Shown here piece after piece: positions 30,105-39,187 of a stretch of DNA of 64,000 nt (position 1 is its first letter; every line of letters begins with the position of its first letter). This DNA is from an uncultured virus (IMG/VR IMGVR_UViG_3300033064_004300). Its lineage: Duplodnaviria > Heunggongvirae > Uroviricota > Caudoviricetes. A model generated the notes under the pieces. It ran no database searches. It was given only the letters and a program-made list of their open reading frames with translations, and was not told the DNA's origin. The position numbers were made by a program, and so were the translations under genes. The stretch is from the IMG/VR virus record IMGVR_UViG_3300033064_004300, one strand, 5' to 3'.

Positions 30105-30662
30105 ATGGCTTCTACTAGCACCAACAAACAACCTTTAATGGTTGACAGACCTTTTTTAAGGGGCGCTCGAATTAATAATGGTACGACTGTTGTTGGCAAC
30201 TCTAGTAATCCTGATTTCGGGGACCTGATCCAACTAGTCAGAGTTGGTGATATCCCGTCAGAAGACGGGGCTCTTGTTGAAGATCTTTTTGTCGTGGCTA
30301 ACGAAGGTTACCCTAATAGTAGTGGTGTTCGCTCTGCTGCTTTTGGGGTTTATATCTATGCACCCAACCAAGCAGCGCCTTCTACTTCAGCTTCATTACT
30401 TATAAGTAAGTTTGAAGTCGGTTTGTCTGGAGACACAGAAGGTCTCATCCAGCGGGTTGAGTTGCCTGCCACTATTGCTCCTACTCCACAAACTGGGGAC
30501 ACTAACTTAGTACGTCCAATTGAAATAGGTAAAGCTGAAGCTTTATATCTTGAGAAAGGTTACATTTTAGCGATTGGTTACTTAGGTAATGGACCTGCTT
30601 CAGTCTCTGGCGGTTTAAGTCCGTCCGGTCTTTCTATATTTGCCCAAGGTGGTTTTTATTAG
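30105..30662 (+). CDS. putative virion structural protein
   Basis: MASTSTNKQP..VDRP...GGFY, beta-rich. Confidence 0.65.
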   Translation: MASTSTNKQPLMVDRPFLRGARINNGTTVVGNSSNPDFGDLIQLVRVGDIPSEDGALVEDLFVVANEGYPNSSGVRSAAFGVYIYAPNQAAPSTSASLLISKFEVGLSGDTEGLIQRVELPATIAPTPQTGDTNLVRPIEIGKAEALYLEKGYILAIGYLGNGPASVSGGLSPSGLSIFAQGGFY

Positions 30663-30665
30663 TTA

Positions 30666-32207
30666 ATGGCCCGTAAAAAAGGCTCAGATAACTTTGCTCC
30701 GAAAGACCCTAAGGGGATTGGTTCGTTTGCATCTATTTCAAACCTTACTGGTGCGGATAAAAAGTATCAACTTCTTAATCCGTTAACGTTTAAACGAAGG
30801 TTTAGACCTGCTCTAGGTACAAAAAATTATAGTGTCGTCAGTGACTATAATTACGCATCTTTGTGGTCACGTTGGCGCCGTGGATATGAACTCAGTATGT
30901 ACGCGCAAGGTGCATACGGGGGTTTAGTCTATTCTTCCTTTAAATACTATGTATCAGGTACGGCTGGTGTAGGTGGTTATATTCCTGGTCTATTTTTTGT
31001 ATACCCAACGCTTCGTAGTGACACACGAATGCAGATGGTGGGTATTCGCCCACGGGATACATTTAACTTTTTGGATTTTGGTATTTCAGTTCAGTCTGTT
31101 ACTCAATACGATCCAACTACGTTTGCAGTCGTCTTAAGTCAACGATTTGGCTCACCTATTTCGTATTTTACTGGAGAAGTACTATCCGATAGATTTAGAG
31201 CTGATGGTACGGAAAAACTGTACGGGTACAACAACTACACCGTTACCGCTGTGGGTTTAAACGGTGTAATTACAACCCCAAGCATTAGTCCGGATTTTAA
31301 TACTTTATTTTTATCCGTTGCTGATGACAAGAGTTGGTCTGTAGTTAATCCGACTACGTTTGTTATACCGGCTACAGGGCCTCCTATAGTAGGAGAATTC
31401 TTGACAACAGAAATTAGAGTTCAGTGTTCTTGCCAAGATTTTCTAAGCCGAGAAAGCTTTAATTTCTATAACCTCTCTTTAAAGCAGCGATATCCTTATA
31501 CAAATGTACTAAACATTGATCCTGGTTTTTTTGACGCCGGTTCTGACGCTCCTGCACGGGTTAATCCTTCAATGGACTACCCTGGTTACGCTAGAACCTT
31601 TGGTTTTGTTTACTTAAATAAAGTCTATACAGTTCCTCCTGAATACGACAACACAGCTAACTACTCTGATCCTTCTTTATTTTATTTTCAACCTAGATGG
31701 TGTAAACATATATACGCTGCATATTGGGATATGCAACGTAGATTTAATTTATTTAACGTAACTTCGTTTCACTTACATCAACCCAATGATGAACCGATGG
31801 ATGAATACTATCGCGAAAAATTTGAAGTTGATCTGAGAAAACAAACTTCTTTCTTAAAACGAGAAGAAGATCTAGTTTGGTGGTCACGGTATAGTCCTTC
31901 TCTTGGTGGCCTACCTAAGCATCTCTTGTACTCTGATAAGTATAATATGGTCGCTAAAACACTAAATTTTGGTCAGCTAAATGACCTGACTGAGCTTCAA
32001 GATACAAATTTTCAACTTTTTACTATAGATAAGTTTAATCCCTTGAATCCTGGTAGCTTCCCGCAAGAAATTTATGACGGTGGGAGTTACGCTAATGGAG
32101 TCCGTACCTCTAGTTCGTCAAACACTTTAGACGGCGGCCAGTATACTAACGGTACTCTTTTACCGCCAAGCGGTCCACCCACTTTTATAAACGGAGGAAC
32201 TTATTAG
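30666..32207 (+). CDS. protein with split SWIM-type zinc-finger motif
   Basis: VQCSCQDF ... WCKHIYA; C-terminal DGGxY repeats. Confidence 0.6.
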   Translation: MARKKGSDNFAPKDPKGIGSFASISNLTGADKKYQLLNPLTFKRRFRPALGTKNYSVVSDYNYASLWSRWRRGYELSMYAQGAYGGLVYSSFKYYVSGTAGVGGYIPGLFFVYPTLRSDTRMQMVGIRPRDTFNFLDFGISVQSVTQYDPTTFAVVLSQRFGSPISYFTGEVLSDRFRADGTEKLYGYNNYTVTAVGLNGVITTPSISPDFNTLFLSVADDKSWSVVNPTTFVIPATGPPIVGEFLTTEIRVQCSCQDFLSRESFNFYNLSLKQRYPYTNVLNIDPGFFDAGSDAPARVNPSMDYPGYARTFGFVYLNKVYTVPPEYDNTANYSDPSLFYFQPRWCKHIYAAYWDMQRRFNLFNVTSFHLHQPNDEPMDEYYREKFEVDLRKQTSFLKREEDLVWWSRYSPSLGGLPKHLLYSDKYNMVAKTLNFGQLNDLTELQDTNFQLFTIDKFNPLNPGSFPQEIYDGGSYANGVRTSSSSNTLDGGQYTNGTLLPPSGPPTFINGGTY

Positions 32208-32208
32208 T

Positions 32209-32940
32209 ATGACGTCAATTCCAGTTACCTCTCTTTTACTAAGATCTGGTAATGCTTCAGATAGACCCAGCGGCAACATTTTTGTTAACGGAGAACTCGC
32301 TATTAATTTTGGCGCTGCAGATCCAGGAGTTTATTTTGAAGATTCTGCTGGGGGCGTAATTAAGATTGGTCCTTCCTCTTATGGAAATAACCCACCTAAT
32401 GCGACCCCCGTGGGTTTAGCGGGTAATTCACGAGGCGAACTTTGGACAGACTCCAATACTGCTGTTTACTATTTAAAAGTTTGGAACGGCACATCTTGGC
32501 AGAAAATCGGTGCTGCTTTTGCTGATAACGCAGGAAGTGCTACTGTTACAATTGCTTCTGGTGCTATAGTCGCTAACTCCGCTCTTGTAGCGTCTGGATC
32601 CTTTGGAGCTATTTTAGCATCCGGGGCGTTAGGAGCTATCTTAGCCTCTGGATCTTTGGGGTCTGTACGTGCTTCTGGATCTATCGGTGCTGTACTAGCA
32701 TCCGGCTCCCTTGGCTCGATATTATCTTCTGGTTCCTTAGGTGCTGTACTAGCTTCTGGTTCTCTTGGCTCGATATTATCTTCTGGAACAGTCACCGCTA
32801 CAGGCATATCTTGTTCTGATATTTTTAACGGTTCCTTAACGGGGACTGGACCTTCTGGTTCTCTACGCTATAAAACTGACAACACTGGAACACCAAGTGG
32901 ATTATATGTTGCTTTTGCTGGCGGGTGGGCGTTAGTTTAA
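32209..32940 (+). CDS. tail-fibre-like protein with 9-aa ASGSLGAIL repeats
   Basis: N-terminal L.RS....RP....GELAIN fibre motif, GELWTD..LKVWNG.SW, tandem ASG repeats. Confidence 0.75.
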   Translation: MTSIPVTSLLLRSGNASDRPSGNIFVNGELAINFGAADPGVYFEDSAGGVIKIGPSSYGNNPPNATPVGLAGNSRGELWTDSNTAVYYLKVWNGTSWQKIGAAFADNAGSATVTIASGAIVANSALVASGSFGAILASGALGAILASGSLGSVRASGSIGAVLASGSLGSILSSGSLGAVLASGSLGSILSSGTVTATGISCSDIFNGSLTGTGPSGSLRYKTDNTGTPSGLYVAFAGGWALV

Positions 32941-33476
32941 GCGTTCCTTAACGTTGCTTTTAGCTTCCACGCGCTTTTAAACATGTTGTTTAAAATTTCT
33001 GCTACATAATTTTCTACGTCGGGCGCTTCAACTTGTCTAGCCATTTGTACAACAGCTTTACTTAGCATGCCGCCTTGCTCCAGATTTTTTATGTAAGCAA
33101 CTAAACTCTCTTTAGCCTCGTATGTTTTAGTATTCGGGAATTTTTTATAGGCGTTGATTAGACCGTTCTGGCACATGGGCATCAGATAATCCATACTGCG
33201 GACTAGTTCTGACACCGTATCAAAATCTGTTGTGTGTTGTTCGTATTGTTTCTTCAAGAACTTATGTAAAGCTAAAAATTCAGCGCATTCAATGTTTAGA
33301 TGTAGCAGGTGCGCTTGAGTATTCAACTGATATAAATAGGAAGCAAGAGAGACCATGTTGAAGATCAAGTTATCCACACAAGCCTCTTTTTGTATGATGA
33401 CCTCCTGCGTCATCATTTCTGTTTTAGGTGCTTCAACAGCAGCCTGAAGAATATCAGTGATTGAGGAGGTCATCAT
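32937..33476 (-). CDS. dps: Dps / ferritin-like DNA protection protein
   Basis: AHLLHLNI....F.ALH.FL..QYE......D.VSE.VR and C-terminal K.AWKL. Confidence 0.8.
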   Translation of the reverse strand: MMTSSITDILQAAVEAPKTEMMTQEVIIQKEACVDNLIFNMVSLASYLYQLNTQAHLLHLNIECAEFLALHKFLKKQYEQHTTDFDTVSELVRSMDYLMPMCQNGLINAYKKFPNTKTYEAKESLVAYIKNLEQGGMLSKAVVQMARQVEAPDVENYVAEILNNMFKSAWKLKATLRNA

Positions 33477-33484
33477 GCTTTGGC

Positions 33485-33748
33485 TTAGATAGCGCAGACG
33501 GGTGTGTCTTCTACTGTAGGCTCTTCGGTGTCAAGTTCCGCCCCTCCTAAGAGAAATTCTTGAAGAGAATCTTGATGAATGCGGTACAGAGACTTTGCGC
33601 CGTTGGGCTGAAGGTTGATGAAGATACCTTTTGGCCACCCACCAGGCTGATTTGACTCAGTGAGAGCGATACGTTTACGTACAAAACCAGCAGAGCAGTT
33701 AAGCAGCTCTGCGGTCTGAGCGATGGTCAGGAGCCGTGCAGTCTCCAT
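33485..33748 (-). CDS. excisionase-like (MerR/HTH_17) DNA-binding protein
   Basis: RLLTIAQTAELLNCS..FVRKRI...YRI....L..FL. Confidence 0.75.
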   Translation of the reverse strand: METARLLTIAQTAELLNCSAGFVRKRIALTESNQPGGWPKGIFINLQPNGAKSLYRIHQDSLQEFLLGGAELDTEEPTVEDTPVCAI

Positions 33749-33881
33749 TAGAGTTCAGGAAGTAAGTGTCGTGGACGGAATGACATTAGCAGAGATCTGC
33801 TGTAAGTAAAGAGGTGAATGTGCTTTTAACAATAGCTTTATAGTCACTGAGTTAGACTTAACTAAATCTAAGATTTAGCAG

Positions 33882-34130
33882 ATGTCAATTCGTCTTGCTG
33901 GTGAAATTTTTAAAGAATATAACAAACCGCGCCGGGATTCTGACGCAGGTAAAAAGTTTGCTGTGGCAGCTAAAGAAGGAGACACTGTGCGCTTAGTGCG
34001 CTTTGGTGACCCAAACATGACAATTAAAAAGCATATTCCGGCACGAAGAGCTAGTTTTAGAGCACGACATAATTGTGATGAACCCGGAAGCAAACTTAAA
34101 GCTCGTTACTGGGCATGCAAATCGTGGTAG
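33882..34130 (+). CDS. small basic conserved phage protein (DUF6321-like)
   Basis: KKFAV....G..V.LVRFGDPNM.IK...P.RR.SFRARH.C...ARYW.C..W. Confidence 0.75.
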   Translation: MSIRLAGEIFKEYNKPRRDSDAGKKFAVAAKEGDTVRLVRFGDPNMTIKKHIPARRASFRARHNCDEPGSKLKARYWACKSW

Positions 34131-34167
34131 CGAATGGAGCTAAGATTGTATAAGCTTCGACAAGACC

Positions 34168-34401
34168 GTGAAGGGTGACCCCGGCCAGCTGATCACTAGG
34201 CTGACACTAGAGGACGACTTTGTCCTAACTAGGGTTAGGAACAACGCGATGGGTTTTAAAGGAAAGGATAGAGATCAGTATTTCTGGAAGATAATTTACA
34301 AATTTGTCTGTCGGGAACGCGCTTTTAAGACTGTTCTCGAGGAACTTGAAGTTGCCATAGACACAAACGTAGACATTTTTGACGACGAAGCTCATGTCTA
34401 A
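34168..34401 (+). CDS. NblA-like phycobilisome degradation adaptor (divergent)
   Basis: LTLEDDFVL.RV...RERAFKTVL resembles the NblA pattern L(S/T)LEQ.F.L...L; 77 aa. Confidence 0.45.
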   Translation: MKGDPGQLITRLTLEDDFVLTRVRNNAMGFKGKDRDQYFWKIIYKFVCRERAFKTVLEELEVAIDTNVDIFDDEAHV

Positions 34402-35347
34402 TAGTGCTCCCATCTCGCCGAATGCGAGGCGTTGGTTGAATCTTATTTCGTACGCCGAAGGGACGTACGGTAATCGGGGCCCTCGATACGATGTTACGTT
34501 CGGTTACACACCTATAAAAGATTTATCACGGCACCCTAATCGTGTTGTGAACGCAGGTGGATACTCAAGTGCAGCGGCAGGCGCCTATCAATTTATGCCT
34601 GCTACATATGCCGGTGCGTCTAAAGCATTAGGTGGTTTGCCCGATTTCCGAGAGAGATCCCAAGATTTAGCCGCGTTATACCTGGTAAGACAGCGCGGGG
34701 TGGATCCTGATCGCTCTGCAGTAACACCAGAAACTGTTGCGAAGTTAGCTCCGGAGTGGGCGTCTTTCCCAACGTTACAAGGAAGTAGTTACTACGGGCA
34801 ACCCAGTAAGCCAATTAACGATCTCCTACGTTTTGCAAAGTCACAAGGTGCTACAACGGCACCTTCAGTACCGAACTTACCTCCTCCACGGGGTAAGGGG
34901 CGTCCTTTCGCTGTGGGTGATTACATATCTCCTGAGTACACTAGACCTGGTGCAGGAGTAGCTTCACAAGGCGCACAATCCGGATCACCTACTTCTGCGG
35001 GTTCTGGCTCGGATTTTGAGAACAGAATAGCGGCTGGTATAGCTTCTAACCTTATTAGTAATTATTTAAGTAGAAAACCTGATCAGAGTTTGTACGATGC
35101 CCCTAAACAGACTGTACCCCTTTCGTCGGATGACGAAGATAGCGACGAGGGTGATTCAGGAATATCAGAAATAAAAGATATGTTGCGTGCTGCTCAAGAG
35201 CAAGCAGTAATGAACTCGGCATTACGGAGGAGAGATCTAGAAATTTCCACTATAGATAATGAAAGCGCCGCTTCTCAGGCAAAGATTAAGCAGCTTATGA
35301 AATCTGCACAAGAAGCTTTTACCTCTAATGCGCCTCAGGCTGTCTAA
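34395..35347 (+). CDS. lambda-type lysozyme with long C-terminal extension, likely virion-associated
   Basis: IS.AEGT, YDV.FG, S.AAGAYQF...TY, QD.AAL.L, L..EWASFP; probable ATG at 34395. Confidence 0.88.
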
Positions 35348-35387
35348 TTGAGGTTAAACTGGAGTGACAAACTATAGTTACTGAAAA

Positions 35388-36209
35388 ATGGCGTATACAG
35401 GTGGTTTTGGTGTAGATACTACGGGCATAGATTTTGGCGATACTTTTTTACCAAGTGCCGGGAGCCCTACTTATGGAACTTATGACTTTCTTCCCAGAGA
35501 TCAGTTTCCTGAGAATTTTTATAATGCTCAGAGCAACCCTGGTGGCGGGTTTTTTAATCAATTTGGTCAATTTGTTAACAAGGCGGGACAACTTATACCT
35601 CAGATCGGTAAGATTGCAGGCGCAGCTAGAGATATTGCCGGTGTAGGTGCTCAAGATGATCCTGGTATATTCAATCCTAATTTTCGAGAAAAAACTACTA
35701 AGGATATAAAAGAGGAACAGTACAAAACTTTTGGAAATATCCAAAAGACCTTTGAAGCAATTGCCGGTGTGACTGGTGTCTCAACTGAGGATGCTGTTCA
35801 GCAGTACTACAAACAGTTCTCGGACACCATGAGTGGTCTTACTACACAGGGCAGAGCTGATTTAAAAGAAGATCCAGACATTAGCAAACAGTACGCTCAA
35901 TTAAATGTACGTGTACCTGAGATTCAAAAACAATATAGTGCTTTAAATAATCCTAGATTTGCTGCTGCCTATAAAGCTGCAGACGCCGTGGCCCCAGTAG
36001 ATACCAATGCAATAAAGAATGTCATTACACTCGGTCCGGCTTATAAAGAACAATATAGTTACGAAGACCCCGAGAGTCAAAGAAATATCTATGGTAGACG
36101 TAACGCGATAGGGGATATAGCGTCATTTTATGCTAATGATCCAAACCTTAATCAGTATATGGTTTCTGCTACTGACCCTAATATTCAGAACTTAATGAAC
36201 TACAGCTAA
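35388..36209 (+). CDS. hypothetical, putative internal virion protein
   Basis: 273 aa; GTTAAACT at 35353. Confidence 0.65.
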   Translation: MAYTGGFGVDTTGIDFGDTFLPSAGSPTYGTYDFLPRDQFPENFYNAQSNPGGGFFNQFGQFVNKAGQLIPQIGKIAGAARDIAGVGAQDDPGIFNPNFREKTTKDIKEEQYKTFGNIQKTFEAIAGVTGVSTEDAVQQYYKQFSDTMSGLTTQGRADLKEDPDISKQYAQLNVRVPEIQKQYSALNNPRFAAAYKAADAVAPVDTNAIKNVITLGPAYKEQYSYEDPESQRNIYGRRNAIGDIASFYANDPNLNQYMVSATDPNIQNLMNYS

Positions 36210-36478
36210 TGCGTGCTATACGTAAGACATCGGCTGAAAGTCGTGCCGATAGCTTTGGTTCACGAAGATCTGGACATGTAACTCGTGAACCACGAATAAC
36301 TAGATTCGCGGGTCAGTTATTTAATATCGATAAGAAACAAGAGCGAAAATATACTGGTCAGCCAAGAGGTTTAAATTTTGGAAATCGCGATTCTTTTGGC
36401 CCAGATGATTCGTGGGAAACAAAAGATTCGCTTACGTATACACCCGTCCCAACGTACTATACATCTCGCGAAACTTAG
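36209..36478 (+). CDS. small basic hypothetical protein
   Basis: TAATG coupling; Arg-rich. Confidence 0.6.
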   Translation: MRAIRKTSAESRADSFGSRRSGHVTREPRITRFAGQLFNIDKKQERKYTGQPRGLNFGNRDSFGPDDSWETKDSLTYTPVPTYYTSRET

Positions 36479-37010
36479 AGACACTAGCCTCATATTCGGT
36501 TACGGGGGGTAATAAATATATAAAACCAAATACACGACAGTTTTTTAAGGGTTTTAAAGTTGCGTCGTCTAGTAAGAGTTTTGGTTTTTCTTTCATAATG
36601 CACATTGGAAAATCAAAATTTATCCGCTGTGTAGAAATTAAAGCGACTTCAGCTGAAGTTATAAAAAGTATCCCCTGTTGGAATTCCTTATGAAGCCATT
36701 TTTTATATGCTTGTTCTAACCAAACACGTTGATTTGACTTTTTAAACTGCGTATTTTTAGTGAATAATCGTGTTGGTTTGGGTTGCTCATGTTTAAGTGC
36801 GATGTCTTTAGGTGGGTACAGATAAATATTCTTAGCTTTCCATGTTTGGTTTAAACCATTCTGCTGCCAGTTAAAATATCTATCTGCCTGCACAACTTGA
36901 TTAGCGTGTTCGCTTGAAGCAGGGTCTAAGTCAATTGACCCACCAAAAAACGCCGCCGTCGTGGCAATTAATTCGGGTGGTGAAACAAAATCTTTAGAGG
37001 ATAAGACCAC
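36432..37010 (-). CDS. phage N6-adenine DNA methyltransferase-like protein with altered catalytic motif
   Basis: SPPE, IDLDPASS..AN, GL.Q.W; expected NPPY reads YPPK. Confidence 0.7.
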   Translation of the reverse strand: MVLSSKDFVSPPELIATTAAFFGGSIDLDPASSEHANQVVQADRYFNWQQNGLNQTWKAKNIYLYPPKDIALKHEQPKPTRLFTKNTQFKKSNQRVWLEQAYKKWLHKEFQQGILFITSAEVALISTQRINFDFPMCIMKEKPKLLLDDATLKPLKNCRVFGFIYLLPPVTEYEASVSKFREMYSTLGRVYT

Positions 37011-37413
37011 GAGAAAATTCTTTTATACGCTTATCGACTTGCTCTGGATCAATTAAATGAAGTGTCACGCCTTCAGGTTGAATCATTGCTACTAGTGCAA
37101 GATCTTCATCTTCTTGCTTTTCAATAAAATCAATAATTTTTTTAAACATGCGGCAAGCATCTTTATGCATCATTTCTTCTGCAAAAGCTAGATCCTTATC
37201 TATGTCCTTACTTGTTAGATACTTACTTTTTTGGGGATTTTCTGGGTTGAAGACCAAAACGCCTTTGCCAGAGGCTTTTTTATTTTCAAAATAAATTTTT
37301 GTAATGTCCGAGAGTATAGTGCGCATCACCCCCGCAGCAATCCTTGTTTCTTTTTGGTCACCCTTAAATAGCTGCTTGACCAAAAGGGTTGCGTTTTTTG
37401 AAAGATTAGACAT
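36994..37413 (-). CDS. hypothetical protein
   Basis: probable start MSNLSK at 37413; coupled minus-strand operon. Confidence 0.7.
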   Translation of the reverse strand: MSNLSKNATLLVKQLFKGDQKETRIAAGVMRTILSDITKIYFENKKASGKGVLVFNPENPQKSKYLTSKDIDKDLAFAEEMMHKDACRMFKKIIDFIEKQEDEDLALVAMIQPEGVTLHLIDPEQVDKRIKEFSRGLIL

Positions 37414-37735
37414 TGTTTTGAAAATTGCCCCAGGCTGATTGAATGATGGCATGTGGATCGTACAGGAATTTAGAACTGTTTTGTTCGGCTGGGTCAGTTT
37501 TACAGTAATGAAGTCCCTGCACTAACCCTGATTGTCCGCCCGATGTTATACCCTGAAAAATTAGTTTATCAAGTGTAACAGTCGGTATATTAAGCCGCTG
37601 ACAGATAACTTTTTTTGAAACAAAAACAGTTGTCCTTTTGTCGCTGTACTTGCTAGAGACAAGTAGCTGTAGTGACGTATCAATACTAATGATTGCGTCT
37701 CGGATTTGTTTGATTTCTCGTAGAGCGGAGTCCAT
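37406..37735 (-). CDS. HTH (excisionase-like) DNA-binding protein
   Basis: probable start MDSALR; FVSKK.ICQRLNIP..TLDKLI...GLHY. Confidence 0.55.
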   Translation of the reverse strand: MDSALREIKQIRDAIISIDTSLQLLVSSKYSDKRTTVFVSKKVICQRLNIPTVTLDKLIFQGITSGGQSGLVQGLHYCKTDPAEQNSSKFLYDPHAIIQSAWGNFQNNV

Positions 37736-37744
37736 GTGATTAAT

Positions 37745-37870
37745 AAAAGTGGAGGGGCTCCTCAAACCACCTGGTACCAGGCAGCTTAAGCGAATTACTG
37801 CGGAGTGGAAAGGGCGAAAACACAGACCGCACCCCTCATGTCAGCGCGGCCCTTGTTTCACGCTGACGCC
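37745..37870 (-). ncRNA. candidate structured cis-regulatory RNA
   Basis: four helices with G-U wobbles on the minus strand, a loop-loop complementarity and a terminal hairpin plus U-tract. Confidence 0.5.
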
Positions 37871-38338
37871 TCAGTCTATAAGTAATTCCAGTTGTGTCAC
37901 AAAGTCCTGTGGCTCATCTACTAAGAGCCTGATTAATTTATGGAGTTTTTGATTTTTGTCAGTCTGCTCAGGTGTGTTCTTTATTAACCAGTAGTTATGT
38001 GCGTTTAGAAGATAATAGTGCGTTTGTTTCGCCCTTAACGCTTGTACTTTCCATTTTTCGTATTCGAAACTGCTGTTGTGCCTTGAATTTCCTCCGCGTA
38101 ACTCCAGTTCTCTGATTTCAATTTGAAGATCAATATCTTGAACAATGTAATTCAACGCACTTATCGTCGCTTTACATTCTTGGATTGATTTTGGTGCTTC
38201 GTTATCTGTATAAATCCAGAAGGGCAAATTCTGAATCCTTTCGCTTTCGGCCCATAGAAAAGGCTTCGGTGGGTTTGAGCTATCAGTTGTAGTTGATGAA
38301 CTCAAGGACTTGACGGATAAATACGTTGAAGATGCCAT
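37871..38338 (-). CDS. hypothetical coiled-coil protein
   Basis: 155-aa ORF; start uncertain. Confidence 0.6.
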   Translation of the reverse strand: MASSTYLSVKSLSSSTTTDSSNPPKPFLWAESERIQNLPFWIYTDNEAPKSIQECKATISALNYIVQDIDLQIEIRELELRGGNSRHNSSFEYEKWKVQALRAKQTHYYLLNAHNYWLIKNTPEQTDKNQKLHKLIRLLVDEPQDFVTQLELLID

Positions 38339-38708
38339 TTAAACAATAGAGAGAATGTTGTTCAAAACTCGTTTTGGTCACGAGGTCAAGCTTATTAAGC
38401 TTTCGTAGTTGGGATCTGGTCGTATTTAAAGACTGACCCAAGGCTGTTGACAGCTCCGCAATATTTGCGGGTTGCAAATACTGTAGCTCGTCGATCAAGC
38501 AACTAAGCTTTTCGATTTCTCGGCGTCTAACCTTATTAACTGTATTGATCTCAGAGACAGCTCTAACGAGAGCTGATCGTGCAATAGACGCTGTGTGGTT
38601 TTGGCTGATATTCCCTGCCCCGCAAGTTTCTGGATATAAAAACGAACTGGCTTGGTAATTTTCTCGCCTGGGCTCTGGGCTACACATAGATGGTACGGAT
38701 TTATGCAA
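38283..38708 (-). CDS. winged-helix HTH protein
   Basis: PANIAELSTALGQSLNTTRSQLRKL..LDLV; true start likely downstream of 38708. Confidence 0.65.
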   Translation of the reverse strand: MHKSVPSMCSPEPRRENYQASSFLYPETCGAGNISQNHTASIARSALVRAVSEINTVNKVRRREIEKLSCLIDELQYLQPANIAELSTALGQSLNTTRSQLRKLNKLDLVTKTSFEQHSLYCLNGIFNVFIRQVLEFINYN

Positions 38709-39187
38709 AGAGGGTCCGAGCAGTTAGATCGTATGTAGTTTGTGGCCTGTAATTTTTTCTTCCAAAATATTTCGTAAACAAACCGTTTTGTCCTCATAGA
38801 TCGCTCGTTATCACGATCGCGACAATAGCCTAGATCAGCAGGCAAATATAAGTGCTCTTTTTTATCCAGAACAAAGCGGTGACGTTCTAACCAAGCCATC
38901 AAGTGAGCTGTTTTGCCTCGGGCAGACTCAAATTCCTGGCGGCAAACTTCGCAGGCGCGGATTAAATCGTTAGGTAGTCGGACTTTTTTCATATCCTGTT
39001 GCGGAATTTGCAGTTGAGTTGATCTACCGCACAGACAGGTCCAGACAGCGACGTGGTCATAGTGCTGGACCTGCCAATGACCCCTGTGTTCCGTCTGGTT
39101 TGGTTTCCCCGAAGGGCTGGTTAGTGATTGATCGTCGGAGAGTTCAAGTAGACCTAAAAGTAGGAGAGCTCGTTGGGAAAACGCCAT
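38495..39187 (-). CDS. degenerate HNH/His-Cys zinc-loop protein with C-terminal HTH
   Basis: WTCLCG, CEVC, NCSDPLCINPYHL; HTH-like C-terminus. Confidence 0.6.
   Translation of the reverse strand: MAFSQRALLLLGLLELSDDQSLTSPSGKPNQTEHRGHWQVQHYDHVAVWTCLCGRSTQLQIPQQDMKKVRLPNDLIRACEVCRQEFESARGKTAHLMAWLERHRFVLDKKEHLYLPADLGYCRDRDNERSMRTKRFVYEIFWKKKLQATNYIRSNCSDPLCINPYHLCVAQSPGEKITKPVRFYIQKLAGQGISAKTTQRLLHDQLSLELSLRSIQLIRLDAEKSKSLVA

Noticed and set aside
33485..33748. Excisionase-like gene as proof of a temperate lifestyle
   Set aside because: No integrase or att site is visible in the window; such HTH genes also occur in lytic phages.
37743..37760. ATAAAAGTGGAGGGG resembles the 3' half of a twister ribozyme
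   Set aside because: The UAA cleavage loop and the conserved P4 loop are missing, and wobble pairs favour the minus strand.
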